Assembly (NCBI GenBank): GCA_963820545.1
Contig: CAWGAJ010000001.1
Location: 266,396 to 330,395, forward strand
Length of the DNA stretch: 64,000 nucleotides
Reading direction: 5' to 3'
From: Pirellulales bacterium
Lineage (GTDB): Bacteria > Planctomycetota > Planctomycetia > Pirellulales > Thermoguttaceae
Shown here: one piece after another, positions 16,404 through 27,115 of the stretch
Layout of the letters: each line of letters begins with the position of its first letter
How positions within the stretch are numbered: position 1 is the first letter of the stretch
Notes under the pieces: model-generated
Told to the model about the DNA's origin: nothing
The model's database searches: none
What the model saw: only the letters and a program-made list of their open reading frames with translations
Made by a program: the position numbers and the translations under genes

Positions 16404-16433
16404 CTGAACCCTGAACCCCGAACCCTGAACCCT
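16404..16433. repeat. CTGAACC-type heptamer repeat block immediately upstream of the bioA start
   Basis: CTGAACCCTGAACCCCGAACCCTGAACCC; the same family occurs at 17993..18011, 18814..18853, 59705..59732, 60004..60030 and 60044..60066. Confidence 0.6.
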
Positions 16434-16439
16434 TTCGAT

Positions 16440-17858
16440 ATGTCCAATCCTTCCCCCGAAGAACTCGAAACCTGGGATCGCACACTCGTCTGGCACGCCT
16501 TTACGCAGATGGCCGAGTATGAGCCTCTGATCTTGGAACGTGCACAAGGCTGCGTGGTTTGGGATATTGACGGCCACGAGTATATCGACGGCATAAGCAG
16601 CCTGTGGTGCAATATCCATGGCCACCGGCATCCGAAGATCGACGCGGCCGTTCGCGCCCAGCTCGATCGCGTGGCGCACGTCACCTCGCTGGGCAGTTCT
16701 AATCCGACGACCATAAAACTGGCCAAGCGTCTGGTCGATCTTGCCCTGCCGGGCCTTTGTCACGTTTTCTTTTCCGACGACGGGGCCACGGCCGTCGAAG
16801 TGGCTATCAAAATGGCCCTGCAATACTGGCGGCAACGCAAAAATCCCCGGCCGGATAAAACCTGCTACCTGGCCCTGGGCGAGGCATATCACGGCGATAC
16901 CTTAGGCAGCGTGAGCGTCGGCGGCGTGGAGCGCTTCCATGCCATGTTCAAGCCGCTGTTGTTCGAAACCCTGCGCGTACCCGTGCCCGATACGTATCGC
17001 ACGCCAGGGGACTGTCCCAATTTTGGGGACTGTCCCAATTTTCACGCAGTGAAAATGGGACTGTCCCCTTCCAGTTCTAGTAGCATACAATTGTGCAAAT
17101 ATCACCTTGAAAAATTAGAAAAAGTTTTGGCCGAGCACCATGAGCGCATAGCAGCCATGGTGATCGAACCCTTGGTGCAAGCCGCGGCGGGCATGATCGT
17201 GCACCCGGCCGGATATCTGCGCGGCGTAAGAGAACTGACAAAAAAATACGACGTGCTGCTGATCGCCGATGAAGTCGCCGTGGCCTTCGGACGGACCGGC
17301 AAGATGTTCGCCTGCGAGCACGAATCTGTCACGCCCGATTTCCTCTGCCTGGCCAAGGGCATTACCGGCGGTTATCTGCCCTTGGCCGCCACGCTCACGA
17401 CCGAAGAGATCTGGCAGGCTTTTTTGGGCACATACTCCGAGAGCAAAACTTTTTTCCACGGTCACACTTACAGCGGCAATCCCTTGGGCGCCGCCGCCGC
17501 TCTTGCCTGCCTGGATATCTTCGATGAAGAAAAAACCCTAGAACATCTAAAGCCCAAAATCGCCCGGCTGGCCGAGCATCTTACTCGCATCGCTCAACTG
17601 GCTCACGTGGGCCACGTGCGTCAATGCGGGCTGATCGGCGCAATCGAACTGGTCCGCGACAAAGCCGCCAAAGAGCCATACCCTTGGGAAGAAAAACGCG
17701 GCCTGCGCGTCTGCGATTATGCCCGCCGCGAAGGCGTGCTCTTGCGCCCGCTGGGCAACGTAATCGTCATCATGCCCCCGCTTTCCATTACCCTTGAGCA
17801 GTTGGATAGAATTCTAATCGCCGTGGAGCGAGGAATCGTGAACGAAATTGGAGATTAG
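16440..17858 (+). CDS. bioA: adenosylmethionine-8-amino-7-oxononanoate aminotransferase carrying an in-frame insertion
   Basis: 472-aa class-III aminotransferase; the motifs and the gene name bioA are recognised from known BioA proteins (E. coli-type IAAVIIEPIVQGAGGM and [22 protein letters not shown]; here IAAMVIEPLVQAAAGM and LLIADEVAVAFGRTGKMFACEH); an extra ~22-27 aa coded by the palindromic element at 17007..17068. Confidence 0.85.
   Translation: MSNPSPEELETWDRTLVWHAFTQMAEYEPLILERAQGCVVWDIDGHEYIDGISSLWCNIHGHRHPKIDAAVRAQLDRVAHVTSLGSSNPTTIKLAKRLVDLALPGLCHVFFSDDGATAVEVAIKMALQYWRQRKNPRPDKTCYLALGEAYHGDTLGSVSVGGVERFHAMFKPLLFETLRVPVPDTYRTPGDCPNFGDCPNFHAVKMGLSPSSSSSIQLCKYHLEKLEKVLAEHHERIAAMVIEPLVQAAAGMIVHPAGYLRGVRELTKKYDVLLIADEVAVAFGRTGKMFACEHESVTPDFLCLAKGITGGYLPLAATLTTEEIWQAFLGTYSESKTFFHGHTYSGNPLGAAAALACLDIFDEEKTLEHLKPKIARLAEHLTRIAQLAHVGHVRQCGLIGAIELVRDKAAKEPYPWEEKRGLRVCDYARREGVLLRPLGNVIVIMPPLSITLEQLDRILIAVERGIVNEIGD
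17007..17068. repeat. palindromic mini-element copy C inserted in-frame in bioA
   Basis: GGGGACTGTCCCAATTTTGGGGACTGTCCCAATTTTCACGCAGTGAAAATGGGACTGTCCCC translates to GDCPNFGDCPNFHAVKMGLSP within the BioA reading frame. Confidence 0.7.
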
Positions 17859-18007
17859 TGGGCAGTGGATGGTGGACAGGAATTAACGCAGAAGTCAGAA
17901 CGCGGAACGCAGAAGTCAGAACTGAAAACTGATTACTGAAAACAAAAAATCATCCACTATCTACCACAAACCACCTACTACCTACCATTTACCCCGAACC
18001 CTGAATC

Positions 18008-18556
18008 CTATTCCGCGTCGTAGTGTTCTTTTCGCGACAAACGTCGCAATCGCCAATACCGCCAAGCAATTGCTAATAAAAGTATGGGACCATAAAAAAG
18101 TACTTCCACCAGATAAATGCAAAAGGTGTCGAAATCCCAGGGTGGCGGAACATACGGCAAGGTGCGGAACCAGGGCATGGGCAAGGCTAGTCGGGCGGTG
18201 CTTAAAGGCCAAAATATTGTCACTCCCAAGCCATGGTTATAAAAGGAATCCATCAGCAGATGACTCAGCCAGGCCGCCGCGCCCCCGAAAATCACCGGCC
18301 AGGCGCCGATGCCCATTCGCGTTGACTTACACGTGCGCAACACCACGGCAAAGACAATAATTAAAGCCAGATTCACAAACAGGCTGTGACTGACTTCATA
18401 ACGAATATGTCCCCAGCCGGGCAGATGCCAATCGGGCACAGTAGCCAGTCCAATAAATCCCGAAAGAAACGCCGCCTTCGCCCAACAACTCTGATAACGC
18501 GGCATGCAAACCACGCCCATGCTCATGCCGACCAAACTGTGTCCGATGGGAGTCAT
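18008..18556 (-). CDS. membrane-bound metal-dependent hydrolase-like protein (DUF457-like)
   Basis: start chosen at MTPIGHSLVG; multi-TM protein with conserved His near the N-terminus; the longer ORF to 18727 probably includes non-coding repeats. Confidence 0.5.
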   Translation of the reverse strand: MTPIGHSLVGMSMGVVCMPRYQSCWAKAAFLSGFIGLATVPDWHLPGWGHIRYEVSHSLFVNLALIIVFAVVLRTCKSTRMGIGAWPVIFGGAAAWLSHLLMDSFYNHGLGVTIFWPLSTARLALPMPWFRTLPYVPPPWDFDTFCIYLVEVLFYGPILLLAIAWRYWRLRRLSRKEHYDAE

Positions 18557-18861
18557 TAGATATGAGATAGGGGATATAGTCTTCGTCTTAGGTTTAAGCG
18601 CGTTTTCGCGCATGTTTTTATATTGCAAATTGACAATTGCAAATTTCAAATTGCAACTTGAACAACCATAACCACTTGCCCGACTTGTTACCTTACTTCG
18701 TACTATTAACTGAAAACTAAGAACCACCTACTACCTACCACCTACGATGAACTTTTTGGTTACGGCCGTAGGCCGCGCTAGGGGTAGACGGCAGTTAGTA
18801 GGTGGTTATTATTGAACCCCGAATCCTGAATCCTGAACCCCGAACCCTGAACCCTTTTCAT

Positions 18862-21800
18862 TTAGAACCGCAGTTTTTCCGGCAGGAGGTTTTTCATGCG
18901 GTCGAACAGGCCGGTGCGATCGGGATTTTGGGCGGGCTGTTGTTCGCTTTCCGGCTGTTTAGTGCCGGGCTTCTCGGCCAGTTCGCCCTTGGATTTAAGC
19001 GGCGGCGAAGCATCCGTGGGCAAAGGGACGTTTTCCGCCAGGAAGCGCGGCCAATAGCCTTCCAGCAATTGCAGGCAATCGCCGATCTGGCCGCTTTGCA
19101 GTTTCACGTCGGCCAAGGAAATGATTTTCGAAAGCTCGACCATTTCCGCGCGGCTAAAGACGAGATCGAACATTTGCACGTCATCGATCCAAACCTCGCC
19201 GGGGCCCGTCAGATCGAACCGCGCCCGCAGCGCGGAAAGTCCTTCCCAGGGCAGATTGTCGACTTGGAAAATATATTGGGCCCACTGGCTGCCTAATTCG
19301 ACGCTGCTGGGCGAACCATCGGGCATCCGGCCCACCGCGGCGAAACAATAATATTCTCGGCCGCCCAGTTTATCTTCCAGGGCCAGTCGAAGTTGCGGTT
19401 GTTGATGGGGATCCGCGATGCGTAGCCAAACGGACATCGACACCCGGCCCGTGGTCGGCGCGGGCAAGGGCCGGCTCTCCAGGCACGCCGCCGGACCATT
19501 GCTGGCCAGGCGCACCGACTGCTTGCCGCTGTGGGCCCGGGTGGGATCAAGCTGGATGGTCACTCCTTGCCGAGAGCTGGGGATCCAATCGGGAATCCCA
19601 TTCCGGGCATCCGCCGGTTTTTCGAAATCGGGATTATCAAGCCCGTCCAACGGCGGCGGCATTCGCAGCGCGGCGGCCCGGGCTCCTAATTGATTTATCT
19701 CCGCCGCCAAGGCCGGGGCGATAGTTTTCGGCAAAGCGACTTGCGGCAGCGCGACCTGGATGTTCGGTTCGCTTAAGCGCGCGGCGACCAGGTCGTAAGG
19801 TTCCAGGCGGACTTCCCAATAGGCCTCGTTGTTGCTATCGGATCGCAGCGGAGCGATTCGCCGCGAACCGGTGAGTTCCTCGATGCGGCAGTCAGCTTGG
19901 GCTTTGATATTGATCCGCGCGGTGGCGGGAAAGGGGGCGTCGTTGACGGCATACAGATAGGTCCGGTTGGCATAGGTCCCCACGCGAAACGTCACCGGCT
20001 GTGACGACGTGCGCCGGTCGGCCACCTGCTGGAAACGCACCGCCGGCAAGGAGCGATAGGCCGCCGCCAAATCCCGCAGGGCCTCTTCCTGTCCCAGGCT
20101 GAGCTGCCAACCGCCGTCGAAGAGGACTTGGGCGTCGAGCGTGGCCAGGCTGTGGATGAAACGGCGGCGATTTTGCGATCCCGACTGCGAGGGCTGTAAA
20201 ACCAACCAGGTATTACTCGGTTTGATCGGACTCTTCTGATCGAATGAGGGGATGTGCGTCTCCCGGGGCACGTGAAAAAACAGGCTGCCGGAAACCGGCA
20301 ATTCTTGAAAATAATGATCTATGTCGGGCATCTGGCCGAGCTGTAATTCCAAGGCCTTGGCGGCGAGACTATCGCCGGACATCAGGCGCTCCGGACGCAA
20401 AAACACCAAATGCTGATTGGATTGATAATGCCGGGCGTCGAAACCCATGCGCAGCAGCAAATCGGCCATGGTGGTGCGCCGCGAGAGGCTGGGTTTCAAC
20501 TCGGCCTCGGCCACGGGACCGGCGATCATCTCGGCCCCGGCCAGATACAAACGACTCTCGGGCCGCAAGGAAACCAACAGCTCTTGGGCCTGGGCGTAGA
20601 ATTTGCTCAATCTAGCCGTGCGCCATTCCAGCCACAATCGCTGCTGAGCCTCTTGGCCCAGGAACGCCGCTGCGCGGCGAAACGCTGGGGTCCTTCGCCC
20701 GGCACGCGGATCTGCGTTTCCTGTTCGAACTGGGCGATGGTCTGATCGTCCAGGCCCCAATTCGCGCCGGGCAGTTGCGTGTAACCGTCGGCCGCCAAGT
20801 CGCACGGCCATTCCGGCAAATGACGGATGCTGGGCGTAACGTTCGGCGACCTCCGTAAAGACCCTTAACATCGCCTCTTGGACGCGTGGATTAAGCACGT
20901 TGTAATACGGCGCCAGCCCGCGCTCGGCGGAATGAGTTGCCCGCCACGAGTTTCCCTCCGCGCCGATCCACTCCAGCGCCTCGGCCTCCGCACCGCCCTG
21001 GCGACGAATAACTTCCAACTCCGGCAAAGGAGCGGCAAATTCCAGCGCAGGAATCAACTGCAATCTTTCGCGGTCAAACATGCGAAAGAGCATTTCCAGC
21101 ACGTCCTTGCGCACGGGGTCCTGGGCCGAAGTGAAAAACACCCCCGTATCGTAACGCGGCGTGGGCTCCACGAGCGCACTGGGATAGATTGTGCTGCCGT
21201 CGGCCAACACGCTGAGCATCAAGCCGTTATAGCCCACATGCTGTAAATATTCGCTCAACCTCGTGCCGCCTTCGTAAAACGTATTCCAGTTGTCCAGCGT
21301 GCGCCCGCACCACTCGTCATAGGCTTCCGTGGCGGAAAAATTTTGGGGAAACAGCGGCCGGTCGAAATAGGCCGCCAACAGCCGTTGACTTTGCCGCGGC
21401 GGCAGCGGCGCGGCTTGCGGCAAACGCTCGCCGCCGGCCAGCACGCGAATCTTGCCGTACACGGCCGGCGCGGATCGCGGCCGTTAGTCATCAACACCAA
21501 CGGTGCGCTGGTGCGCGGCCAGAAAATCAAACGATGCCGCAGCATGCGCGGGGCCTCGGTTTTTTCCAGCACCTCATTGTGCACGTCAATGCCCGAGTCT
21601 ACTCCCACAGGCGCCAGCGCCCCGGCGGCATTCGCTTCGAGGATACTAATGCCCAGCGTTTGCGGCACGTCGCTGGGATATTCCACTTCCAGGATGTGCG
21701 GCCGACCCGGCTGACTGATGGGCAGCCAGTAGGCTTCCCAACTCACATCGGGCGAATCGACATTGGGATTCAACTGCACCAGATTGCCCAGACTGTGGGA

Positions 21801-22820
21801 ATAGGGCTTCAAATTGTCGTTGCCCAGCGGACCTTTGCCCAGCGCCAAGACTTGGGCAGTTGCAACTGCGGCAACTGCGGCAGTTTGCCCAGCAGCTCCC
21901 ACCAATGCGGATTGGCAGGATCGATTTCCACAATCGAGGAAAATTCGCGCTGTGCGCGGCTATTGGCCAGGGGACTGCGGGGATCCAATACCAGCACCTG
22001 CACCTTTCGCTCGACAATGGTTTTATTCCAACTCAAGGGACGCCGCACCGCTTCCGACCAGCCGGGATTGTTGATCACGCTTAGGATCACGTCATAAGCC
22101 CCTTCCTCGTCGGGCAAGGGCAATTCGAGGGGAATCGCGGCCTGCGCGCCGACTTGCACCTCATGCTGCGACGTCCACAATTCCTTCACGACGCCCGCCG
22201 GACACAATTGCACTTTCAGCCGCGCCTTTGTGCCCTCGGCAAGCGGGAGCAAATGCGGCTCGACCGTAAAGCGAAATTTCTCGCCGGGCGTAAAAACCAA
22301 ACTATCTCGCGTTAAACCAACGCGCAATTGATCGCCCGGCGCGGATCGCCAAGAGCCGATTTCCTTGCCCGTCAAGGTCCTTGTTGACAAACTCTTGCAC
22401 CACGTCGGCCAGCGGAATTTCCACGTTCAAGGGCCGATCAGGGGCATCAACGGCGGTTAATTGAATCATGCATCGCGCCGAGAGCGGCGCCGTCACGAGC
22501 ACGTCGAACGCGTCGTACGCCCGGCTGCTCCGCTGCCGAATAATCAGGCGCTGATCCGTGCGCCCGCCTTGTTCGAGATACATCGAAGCCGGCTCGTTGG
22601 CTTCGATGCCCAGCGGTCTAAGTTCGGCAAAGCGACCTTCACTAAGCGTGACGACTCCTTGCCATTGTCGTTCCCGGCCCCCGCCCCAAGTAATGCGCAA
22701 TCGCAATTCTTCCGCCCAGGTGACATAAGGAAGCAAGAAAATAAAAGCCAGAAACGCCCATCGGCGCAGCTTCTTCGCCGGCGCGCCGCCTTGTTCCCGG
22801 CGGTCCGCATGAAAGGCCAT
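18862..22820 (-). pseudogene. large secreted protein (about 1300 aa) interrupted by at least three frameshifts
   Basis: four consecutive same-strand ORFs (22302..22913, 21809..22390, 21255..21905, 18862..21462) in frames 2/1/2/0 with overlapping ends; signal peptide WAFLAFIFLLPYVTWAEE at the first. Confidence 0.5.
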
Positions 22821-23128
22821 CGCGATGCTCTCGGACTTCCTTGTCCGACCATCGTCGTGCGCAAAGTGGCGGTTTCTGCAAGAGATAAGTTGTATGGGAA
22901 CGTGCCTGCGCATACGCCACGCAGTCGATCAATCGCCAAGCGTCGGACAAACACGCACCCTATCAAGAGACAATAGGGCGGGGATTATATAGAGAAAAAC
23001 CTTTATCCCACTACCCCAGCTTGGCCTGTTTTTCCCGGAAATGTGCCGAAACACAAAGATACAATAACCAGGAAAAGGCCATGGAAAGATAAAATGGAAA
23101 ATATGGGATATCTGGAAAGATCTTCTGC

Positions 23129-24346
23129 CTAATCCAGCCCGTGGATCAGCACTTCACTCAAGGGAGGCAAATCAACGATGCTGCCGCTTTGTATGGCCTG
23201 TTCGTACCGGACCAGCGCGTCTTGCAGGTTTTCCACTACATCCAGGCAGCGCGATTGCACGTTATTGACTTCCCAGCGGTCGTCGGGTTTGGCGTACAAC
23301 TCCGCTTCGCCCATAGTGCGAAGATACCACGCCGGCGTGCGCATTGCTCGCTCCCCTCCGTTGCCGGCAAGACACATTCGATCGCGCACCGCGGCGACAT
23401 CCTCCCGCACCACGGGAATTAAACTTGCCGCCGTGGGCGAACCCTGCGCCGCTTTTATTTGCCACCACTGGGAGAGCGTTGCCCAGAGATCGGCCGGCTC
23501 GACCAGCGTCTGACTGCGCGCGGCAGCGCCCAGACCGTCGGGAAAACGCAGCAGCAAAGGCACTTGGACCAATTCGCCATAAAGGGCCTCGTCACACGGG
23601 CCGATGCGCCCATGCTCGCCCAAAGGAAAACCGCGCGAAGAAGTGACCGCCAGCAGCAGTTCCTCCCGGACCGTCAGGTCGTCCAGAAAATCCAAGAAAG
23701 CCTCCAGACAAGTGTCCAAAAGCGACACCTGCCCGGCGTAACATTGCGTGATGCCTAACAGTTCGTCCGGGTCGTAATTTTTCGCGAGAATTCGTTCGGG
23801 CACTTCGGCCCTATGGGGCGGGTTGGGATCGCCTCCGTCCTGATATGCCTGGCGAAAGGAAAGAGGCGCGTCCCACGTCGAGCCCAGTCCGGCCAGATGA
23901 CACCACAACATAAACGGCTCGCGCGCCGATTGCAGATAATCGATTATTTGCAAAAAACAGCCGGCAAAATGCGTCTGCTCAATTTCCTTGGCAACCCGGC
24001 TTTGCCAAGGCGGATCGATCTCGACGATCGAGTCGAAATCGGCGGCCAGTGCATGACGCGCCACCAGCGGTTCGTCGGTCACCAGCGCCGTGGACACGCC
24101 CGACTCGCGCAAACACGCGGCCAGCGACGGCCGCTCCCCCGCCGAGCCCTGTGCACACAAAGCATGACAACCCTGCCAGTAGGAACGGTAAATTTTATTC
24201 AAGTCGGGCGAATCGAGCAGCGCCTGATCGAAAAGGAACGATTGGCTGGCCAGCCGGTCCACGGCCGGCGTTTCAATCCACGTATTGCCATAGGCCCCAA
24301 GATAGCCCGCGTGCAGCCGGTCAATAACCAGACATATCGCATTCAT
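23129..24346 (-). CDS. sulfatase-like protein (alkaline-phosphatase superfamily); catalytic CxPxR motif not evident
   Basis: N-terminal ICLVIDRLHAGYLGAYGNTWIETPAVDRLA resembles the sulfatase N-terminal fold but lacks the C/S-x-P-x-R signature. Confidence 0.55.
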   Translation of the reverse strand: MNAICLVIDRLHAGYLGAYGNTWIETPAVDRLASQSFLFDQALLDSPDLNKIYRSYWQGCHALCAQGSAGERPSLAACLRESGVSTALVTDEPLVARHALAADFDSIVEIDPPWQSRVAKEIEQTHFAGCFLQIIDYLQSAREPFMLWCHLAGLGSTWDAPLSFRQAYQDGGDPNPPHRAEVPERILAKNYDPDELLGITQCYAGQVSLLDTCLEAFLDFLDDLTVREELLLAVTSSRGFPLGEHGRIGPCDEALYGELVQVPLLLRFPDGLGAAARSQTLVEPADLWATLSQWWQIKAAQGSPTAASLIPVVREDVAAVRDRMCLAGNGGERAMRTPAWYLRTMGEAELYAKPDDRWEVNNVQSRCLDVVENLQDALVRYEQAIQSGSIVDLPPLSEVLIHGLD

Positions 24347-24570
24347 GCCGGCATTGTAACTAAAAAAAGCCGCGGGCGAAAGACGGAGGATGAAGAGAAG
24401 GATCAGGGATGAGGTGGGTATTGTTGTGGAAAATCAGCAACAAATGTTGATTAAAGGCATCGTGTTATCGGTACAACCAGTTTATTTATATCTTGTTTAG
24501 CCGCGGCACTTGTGTTGCGAGTCATGTAAAAAAATACCCGGCGCGAGTGCCGGGGCTAAACTTTAATGCC

Positions 24571-25952
24571 ATGGAAATACTCGCTATCATTTTCGGCATT
24601 GCCGGCTTGATCTGGGCCGTTGTGCTGCTGCGTCGCGGCGGACTGTTGGCCGGCTGTTTGGCCACCATGTTGGCCGGCGCTTGCTTCAGCGTGGAATTTT
24701 TTAAAGTTGCCATCGGCCCGGTGCCGCTGACGGCCGATCGCATCTTGTTTCTTGCGCTCCTCGGCCAATATTTATTGTGGCGCCGCTGGGGCTGGGCCGA
24801 TCCCAAACCCTTGGGCAAGCCGGAAATATTGCTCTGTCTGTTTGCGGGCATGATGCTCCTAAGCACGTTTTCCAGCGACTACACGGCCGCAAACTGGCAG
24901 CCGGTTTCGTGGCTGATTATCTACTACCTCATGCCGTTTGGTCTCTATTGGATCGTTCGAGACGCCCAGTTCAGCGAAAAAACCTTATGGTGCTTATTCC
25001 TCTGCTTGACCGCGTTTGGCGTATATTTGGCCATAACATCATTAACGGAATATTTTCAGGTTTGGGAACTGGTCTTTCCCACATATATCGCCGCCACGGC
25101 CGCCTTGGAGACGGCCGAGTTTGTCGGTCGGCGCGAGGACCGTTCCTCAATCCCATCAGCAACGGCATTGCCTTGTCGATATGCCTGGGAGCGGCCTTGA
25201 TGATTTGGCCGCGTCTGAGCCGCCCCGGCAAATTGCTGCTCATTCCGCTGTATCTGCTATTTATGGCCGCGATTTACACTACCTTGACTCGCAGCGTATG
25301 GATGAGCTGCGTACTGACCCTGGCCCTGGTAATATGTTTGGCCTTGCCCTGGAACTGGCGTCTGCCGATTCTTAGCGCAGGCCTGCTGCTGGCCCTGCTG
25401 CTGGCCTTTACGCAATGGGATCAATTGGTGGCCTTCAAACGCGAGCGAAATCTCGACGCCGGCAATACCGCCGAATCGGTCCAGTTGCGCCCCGTCTTGG
25501 CCACTATCGCCTGGAAAATGTTTCTCGATCATCCGCTTTTCGGCTGCGGCTATTCGCAATACAAAACCGAACATCTCAACTATCTTTCCGACCGCTCCAC
25601 AACCCTGGTGCTGGAAAAAGGCCGCGGCTATATTCCCCACAACGTGGTCTTTTCGCTCTTGACCGAGACGGGCCTGGTCGGCCTGGGCCTGTTTTTGGCG
25701 ATAGTATATTTCTGGGCAGCCGACGCTTGGTGTCTCTGGCGAACGAAAACCATCCCGCTCGTGGCCCGGCAACAAGGCTTGCTCATGCTTGTCGTCTTGC
25801 AAGCCTATTTCCTGAACGGCATGTTCCACGACGTTTCCGCCGTGCCCATGGGCAACATGATTCTGTTCTTCCTGGCGGGAGTAACTGCCGGCTTGCGCCC
25901 CTGCCTGCAATCGGCTATCGCACCAAATGTAGGTCAGGCACCCCGTGCCTGA
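24571..25952 (+). CDS. O-antigen ligase / Wzy_C-family membrane protein (apparent frameshift near 25135)
   Basis: GRARGPFLNPISNG and TLTRSVWMS motifs in the second frame; the N-terminal TM segments are in ORF 24493..25200; the C-terminus runs into a REP. Confidence 0.6.
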
Positions 25953-25953
25953 C
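25933..25953. repeat. REP palindrome (left) flanking the RAYT gene
   Basis: GTCAGGCACCCCGTGCCTGAC; inverted partner at 26567..26587. Confidence 0.7.
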
Positions 25954-25999
25954 AGACATTAGGCTTGTTGTCAACGTCTCGTGTTGATACGATATCCAC

Positions 26000-26551
26000 A
26001 TGTCCGATTATCGACGCTATTTCGTGCCGGGCGGAACGTATTTCTTTACGGTTGTCACAGAAGGTAGAGCACAACTGTTTGATCTGAATTCCGCAAGGAC
26101 TATACTTGGGAGCGTTATACGCCAATGTTTTCTTCGATATCCGGTTGACGTCGTTGCCATTGTGCTGCTACCGAATCACATACACGCATTGTGGACACTG
26201 CCTACTGGCAACGACAGGTACTCGCTGAGATGGCGATGGATCAAGCGCGAATTCACGCGGGCTTGGTTGGACCTAGGCGGCGTGGAGCAAAGCCGTCAAT
26301 CCACACGTCTGATCGAACGCCGACGCGGTGTATGGCAACGTCGGTTTTGGGAGCATGCCATTCGGGATGAAGTAGATTTAGAAGCCCATTTCGATTACAT
26401 CCATTATAATCCCGTTAAACATGGGCTTGTCCAACGACCGCGCGATTGGCCGTGGTCGAGTTTTCATCGCTGGGTCCAGGCTGGACATTATCATATCGAT
26501 TGGGCAGCCGGACAGGACCTCGTGCAATTGCCCGGTGACGCAGGCGAATAA
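26000..26551 (+). CDS. REP-associated tyrosine transposase (RAYT; IS200/IS605 TnpA-like, Y1)
   Basis: 183 aa; HuH motif LPNHIHAL and catalytic-Tyr region HFDYIHYNPVKHGL; flanked by inverted REP palindromes. Confidence 0.8.
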   Translation: MSDYRRYFVPGGTYFFTVVTEGRAQLFDLNSARTILGSVIRQCFLRYPVDVVAIVLLPNHIHALWTLPTGNDRYSLRWRWIKREFTRAWLDLGGVEQSRQSTRLIERRRGVWQRRFWEHAIRDEVDLEAHFDYIHYNPVKHGLVQRPRDWPWSSFHRWVQAGHYHIDWAAGQDLVQLPGDAGE

Positions 26552-26566
26552 AGTGTCACAGCAATT

Positions 26567-26587
26567 GTCAGGCACGGGGTGCCTGAC
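26567..26587. repeat. REP palindrome (right), inverted relative to 25933..25953
   Basis: GTCAGGCACGGGGTGCCTGAC. Confidence 0.7.
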
Positions 26588-27115
26588 CTAGACTAGACTT
26601 GCGGTTGGCGTCGCTCATGATGTTGCCTTCCCCTTGTCAGGACAAGGTCGGCACGCCGAAGGAATGATTTCGGAGCTCAATGGCTGGCCTGCGTGTGCCC
26701 CTGTCAACGCTTCACCCGCGGCGTTACCGTCACCGGCGCATGACTCGAGGTCAAGATGGTTCGCTATTCCTTTCTTGTGCGGCTCTTTCATCCGCTACTC
26801 CATGCCGGTTTTGACCGGCGCTTTCCCTGACACCGCTTTACCCTTTTGAGACGTGTGTGTTTTTCAGTTCCTCCTTGTTTTACGCACTAAACGTATGACT
26901 AGTTCGACAAGTCCACTCCGTTCTAAAAATTCCGAATGTTCTCGTTGATTCAAGAACTTCGGTTTTTAGTGTATGTTTTTGGCATCAGAAAGGTGGTTCC
27001 CGGCAACTACAATGGGGAAACACCCAACCGGAAGCGGCCTCAATAAGAATTGTGGTCTAGGTTTGCATAGACGCGAGCAGGTTGGCGTCAGTAGTACTTA
27101 ACGAGGAGACGGAAA

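Noticed and set aside
16299-16892. Minus-strand ORFs of 146-197 aa overlapping bioA, and many similar antisense ORFs between 19000 and 26000 and elsewhere in the GC-rich backbone
   Set aside because: High-GC DNA yields long stop-free antisense frames. Each overlaps a sense gene with clear homology.
18802-19296. 164-aa plus-strand ORF starting in the heptamer repeats
   Set aside because: Antisense to the 3' end of the large secreted-protein gene; begins inside CTGAACC repeats.
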